The notes below the pieces were generated by a model. The model did not search any database. It was not told the origin of the DNA and saw only the letters and a list, made by a program, of their open reading frames with translations. The position numbers were made by a program, and so were the translations under genes. DNA of 64,000 bases from assembly GCA_050613775.1 (NCBI GenBank), contig JBODTK010000012.1, positions 62,001-126,000 of the forward strand. Direction: 5' to 3'. Source of the stretch: Neocallimastix sp. 'constans'. Taxonomy: Eukaryota. Of the stretch, positions 58,331-64,000 are shown piece after piece. How positions within the stretch are numbered: position 1 is the stretch's first letter; each line of letters opens with the position of its first letter.

Positions 58331-60345
58331 AGAATACGTTTCTAGTGAACTATAACGAAAATACAAATAATTAATATAAAAAAAAAAAACAGAGAAAACT
58401 GTAATTATAGTTAATTTTATTAATTATATTATTAATCTAATATAAAATTTATCGTTTTGCACCAAACTGTTCATCATAAAAATAATAAAAATTTTTATCT
58501 AATAGATAATTATAATTTTTTTTTTAAAAAAAAATATATATATATATAAACATATAATAGTACAATAAGAAACGAACGGATAAAATTCATGATATTATGG
58601 TAAAAGAATCATACAAAAATATACCTTCAGATGAAAGCTTATATCATTTGTTCGAATATTATTTAATTATTTAATAAAAATAATTATTTTATTTTCTTCT
58701 CTCTTTCTTTTTTTCCTTTTTTTTTTTTTTTTTAATAATTAAAATCCTTTCACATATCTAAATAAATAAATAAATAAATTAGTAATTAAATAATTAATAA
58801 ACAAATAAATAAATAATAAATAATAAATAATAAATAAATAAATAAATATTTAATTATTTATCCATTATTTAGTGATTATTTAGTCGTTTTAGCTGCGGAT
58901 AAATTTGAGTTAAAAAACTTTTTTTTTTTTTTTATTAATAAAAAGTTATCTTTTATTGGTATTTATTTATTTATTTATTTATTTATTTATTCAATTATTT
59001 ATTGATTTATTTATTCAATTAATTAATTATTTATTTATATATTATAATATCTTTTATCAATCAAAAAATAAATAAATAATTAATTAATTAATTGAATAAA
59101 TAAATAACTATTTAAATATACAGAAAAGAAACATTTAATTTTTAATTTTGACTTGTCAATCTAAAGTTCTGATATATTAGATTATACTATTTATAATAAG
59201 TAAATATATTAAGATAATAAAAAAGATATATATTATCATTTATTATATGATAAAAAAATTTATAAATCAAAAATAGATGATATAAAAATTAAAAAATTGA
59301 ATAATATTAAATGTATTCAATTATTCCATTATTTAATTATTTATTATATATTATTTATTAATAAATACTCTATTTTATTATTTATTTATTATTTATTATA
59401 TATTTATTTATGATTTATTATTTATTATAATAAATATATAAAAATAAATATTAAATCTTAATTTACATTATTAATTGTATATTCTATTTATATGTAACAA
59501 AGTATAAAAATTGATAAATAAATAACAAATATATTAAGTAAATGGATAAATATATTATTAATAAGTAAATAATACTAAATATTGATATATAAATAAATGA
59601 ATAAATATAAATAAATATAAAAATAATAAATGTAAAAATAAAAATAAAAAGTAATTGTTGTATACATAAATACATAAATAAATCAAACCAAAAAAAAAAA
59701 AAAATATAAAAAAAGTCTATAAAATAAATAATAAATACTATATAATATAAAATTTTTTTATTAATAAGTTAACTAAAAAAAAAAAATGAATTATTATAAT
59801 AATAATTATTATTTATTATTTATTATTCAATTATTTGTTATTCAATTATTTATTATTTATTATTAAATAAAATGGAGTTTTAAATACTTCTAATCTTTTT
59901 ATTAAAATAAAGATAAAATAAAATAAAAAGTTTTTTTTTTTTTTTTTATTAATTGCTTGATAATCCATACAGAGACATTAAAATAAATAATATAATTTAA
60001 TGTAATCATTATATTATATTATATATAAGCCACTAAAATATATCAACCAATAAATTTTGAGTTAATTTACTTATTATTATTATTATTTATTATTTATTTA
60101 TTATTTATTTATTTATTTATTATATATTTATTTATTATATATTTATTTTTATTTATTTATTTATTTATTATATATTTATTTATTATATATTTATTTTTAT
60201 TTATTTATTTATTTTTATTTTTTGGAATTTTTTTTTCATATATATATAAAAAGGTATCGCTCATTTTTTTTTCTTTTTTTTCTTCACAAAAAAATATTTA
60301 TTTTTTTTAATATAATAAATTTTTTAATATAATTTTATAATCAAC

Positions 60346-61784
60346 ATGGTAAGAAAAAGGGGATAATTATGACTTTATGTTTAAATGATTAATTAATTAA
60401 AAAAAAAAAAAAAAAGAAACTTAAAAATTAGGAATTAATTTTTTTTAGAAATTAAAAATAATAAAGAAAAAAAAAATTAAAAGGTTTTATGTTAAAGGAA
60501 TATACTAACGTATTATATTATTTATTTACTTATTTTCATTTATATATATAAATTATAATATCTATTTAAATTAATAAAAAAAAATATTCAAAAAAAAAAA
60601 ATTGATTATTAAATAAAATTATCGGGAATAACAGGTTAAGGTCGCTGTTCTTGGGTAAGCATCATAAAAAAAATTTTTTTTTTTATTTTTTTTTTATTTT
60701 AATAAATATGAAAAGAAAAAAAAAATAGATAAAATGTTATATATATTGATATAAAATGGAATATGAATATTAATTTTTTTTATTCCTTATTTTATATTAT
60801 ATAATTTTTTTTTATATAAATTTTATTTATTTTTTTTAAAATAAAAAAAATTATAGTGCTGCTGGTGGTATTGGTCAACCACTTTCTCTTCTCCTCAAGT
60901 CTCACCCACAAGTTACCGAATTAAATTTATACGATATCGTTAACTCTCCAGGTGTTGCTGCTGATTTATCTCACATCTGCACTAAGGCCAAGGTTACCGG
61001 TTACAAGGGTCAAGAAAACCTTGACGCTGCTCTTGCTGGTTGTGATATTGTTGTTATTCCAGCTGGTATCCCACGTAAGCCAGGTATGACTCGTGACGAT
61101 CTTTTCAACATCAACGCCGGTATTGTTAAGGGTCTTGCTGAAGGTATTGCTAAGAACTGTCCAAAGGCTTTCACTTGCATTATCTCTAACCCAGTTAACT
61201 CTACTGTCCCAATCTGTGCTGAAGTCTTCAAGAAGGCCGGTACTTACGATCCAAAGAGACTTTTTGGTATTACTCTTCTTGATATTGTTCGTTCCTCTAC
61301 TTTCGTTTCTGAATGCAAGGGTACCAACCCACAAGAAACTAAGGTTACCGTTATTGGTGGTCACTCTGGTGTTACCATTGTTCCACTTCTTTCCCAAGTT
61401 AAGGGTTTAACTTTCACTCAAGAAGAAGTTGAAGCTCTTACTCACCGTATTCAATTCGGTGGTGATGAAGTTGTTAAGGCTAAGGATGGTGCTGGTTCTG
61501 CTACTCTTTCCATGGCCTACGCTGCCGCTCGTTTCGTCGACTCTCTTATTGAAGGTGCCTTCTTAAAGAAGCCAGTCGTTGAATGTGCTTACGTTGAATC
61601 TCCACTTGCTGTTGATGATGGTTGTGCCTTCTTCGCTTCTGCCATTGAACTCGGTCCATCTGGTGCTGAAAAGATTTTACCAATTGGTCCACTCTCTGAC
61701 TTTGAACAAGGTCTCTACAAGGCTTGTGTTGAACAACTTAAGGCTAACATTGCTAAGGGTGTTAACTTTGTCAACCAAGCTTAA
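60346..61784 (+). CDS. mdh: NAD-dependent malate dehydrogenase (mitochondrial type, no presequence), 3 exons
   Basis: Exons 60346-60348 (ATG), 60635-60654 and 60857-61784 give [54 protein letters not shown]. Strong codon bias. Confidence 0.97.
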
Positions 61785-62327
61785 ATGATTTAATTTGAGA
61801 GGGAAAAACAAAACAAAAAAAAAAAAAAAAAAAAAAAAAAGAAGAAGAAATAACAAATAAAAATTAAATAATTATATTAAAAAGTTGTGTATATTAAATA
61901 TTTAAAATAATTTAAATATTTATATATATTAAAATTATTTTAATGTGAACTAAAAAAAATACGAAAAAAAAAAAAAAAAAAAAAAGAAAAGGAAAAAGAA
62001 TAACGAAACATTTAAAAGGAAAAAGAAAAAAATAAATAAATAATTGACGCAAATAAAAAATAAAATAAAATAAAATAAAAATAAAAAATAATAAAGAAAA
62101 AAAAAATAAATTAAGTTTATATATGTTTGTTATATAATAGTTTATTATTATATTTATTTTTTCAAGTGTTTATATACGTAGTATACATAGTATATATATA
62201 TAATTTGTGTAAAATAAATATTATGAATTATATATAGGTGAAAGTGGTAGAATAAATTTAATTTTGTGTGAAAACTAAATATTATAAATATTGAAAATAA
62301 ATATAATATATATATATATATATTTAT

Positions 62328-63203
62328 TTATTTATTTATATTTCCATTATTGCATGCATAAAATAATGGTATTAGACCATTTTCATCTTCTTTATTTATA
62401 TCTTCTCCATGTTCTACTAAATATTCTACTAAATCTTTATTTCCACTTTTACATGCATAAAATAATGGTGTTTCACCATACCATTTTTCTTCTTTATTTA
62501 TATCTGCTCCATGTTCTACTAAATATTCTACTAAATCTTTATTTCCACTTTTACATGTCTTGAATATTGCTGTTTCTCCATATAAATTTTCTATATTTAT
62601 ATCTGCTCCACATTTTACTAAATATTCTACTAAATCTTTATTTCCACTTTTACATGTCTTGAATATTGCTGTTTCTCCATATAAATTTTCTATATTTATA
62701 TCTGCTCCATATTCCAATAAGAATGTTATTAAATCTTTATTTCCACTTTCAGAGGCATAAAATAAAGGACTTTCCCCATACTTATAATCTACTTTATTTA
62801 TATCCTCTCCATGTTTTGCTAATTATTTTATTAAATTTTTATTCCCATCTTTTATTATATACTTACCTTTTGGATAAAAATAACCATCTTTTTTAAAAAT
62901 AAATAGAATTTTATATTCATCTTTAGAAATTTCTTTATCTAAATCAACAATAGAAATAAAAGTTTTATTTTTATAGAGATGAAGTAGCCATTTAATAAAT
63001 TCATTATCATAAAATTTTGAAGTATTAAAAAAATTTTTTAATTTTTCCATATTTGAACTCTTTATTAATTTTTTTATTTCAGAAGAAGTAACATATAAAC
63101 CATTTTCTTGATTATTTGTTACGGTTTTTAATTTTTTAGACGTATTTCCATTATCATTATCTTCTTCATATTTTTTATCTCTCTTTTTTAAACTGTTATT
63201 CAT
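62328..63203 (-). pseudogene. Ankyrin-repeat protein, in-frame stop at 62823-62825 and apparently 3'-truncated
   Basis: Repeats GETPLFYACKSGNKDLVEYLVEHGADIN. The two listed ORFs are in the same frame, separated by TAA. Confidence 0.8.
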
Positions 63204-63234
63204 ATTACTTTTATTTGGTACTATATTTATGTTT

Positions 63235-63420
<186 letters not shown>

Positions 63421-63683
63421 TAATTGTTTTTTATTCAAAAATTAATTTTTTTATATTTAATAAATATAAGTACAAATAATAATTATTAAATCTTTTATTT
63501 ATTTAATAAATATATTATTAGCTTTTTTAAATAATATAAAAAAAAAAAAATAGAAAAAAAAAAAAAATAATAATAACAATAATAATAATGACTATGTCCA
63601 TAATTGAATTATATATATATATATTATATATTTTACAAAAGGACTTAAAAATATATATTATTATTATATATATATTTCTATGT

Positions 63684-63729
<46 letters not shown>

Positions 63730-64000
63730 CTTTTTTTAATTCATTATCTTATAATAATAATTAACAGTAAGGCTATCAAGTAAGGACTATATCCGCCTGT
63801 GCTATAGCACACCAAGTGTTGTGACTACCTTAATATTCCCATGCCTTGAGGGGGGCATAGGGCGATACACATCGGAAATTAAAAAAAAAAATCCTGAACT
63901 TATAATAATAATAATAATATTAAAAACTATTAATAATTTTAATTTTTAAACTTTTTAAAATTAAAATTATAAATCTCTCTAAAAACTAATTAATCAAATT

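Noticed and set aside
63784..63796. Group I intron S element (GAUAUAGUCC, minus strand)
   Set aside because: No upstream R element GACUA on the same strand to form P7, and the island is too short.

Overview
Extremely AT-rich, intron-rich eukaryotic DNA. Composition, gene set and a presequence-less mitochondrial-type MDH point to an anaerobic gut fungus (Neocallimastigomycota); this is inference. The first 33 kb are transposon-dense. They hold a TIR-bounded Mutator (MULE) element carrying a minisatellite, a decayed copia relic, a small non-autonomous LTR element, a full-length Ty1/copia element with a LINE nested in its integrase and a solo LTR nested in its 5' LTR, and a second LINE fragment. 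Host genes are a multi-TM protein with a C-terminal RGS domain, an eIF4B-like factor, a class IV-type chitin synthase, a secreted I9-type protease inhibitor, an ABCA transporter, malate dehydrogenase, and LRR and ankyrin pseudogene remnants. Most notable: (1) two copia-type elements with unrelated LTRs share a primer-binding site complementary to the anticodon arm of tRNA-Lys(CUU), implying half-tRNA priming; (2) three unexplained GC-rich non-coding islands (160-565, 46340-46556, 63763-63876) fold into G-U-rich structures specifically on the minus strand; (3) a recurrent AAGCCAC motif and several perfect palindromes. Exon boundaries and folds were read by eye.
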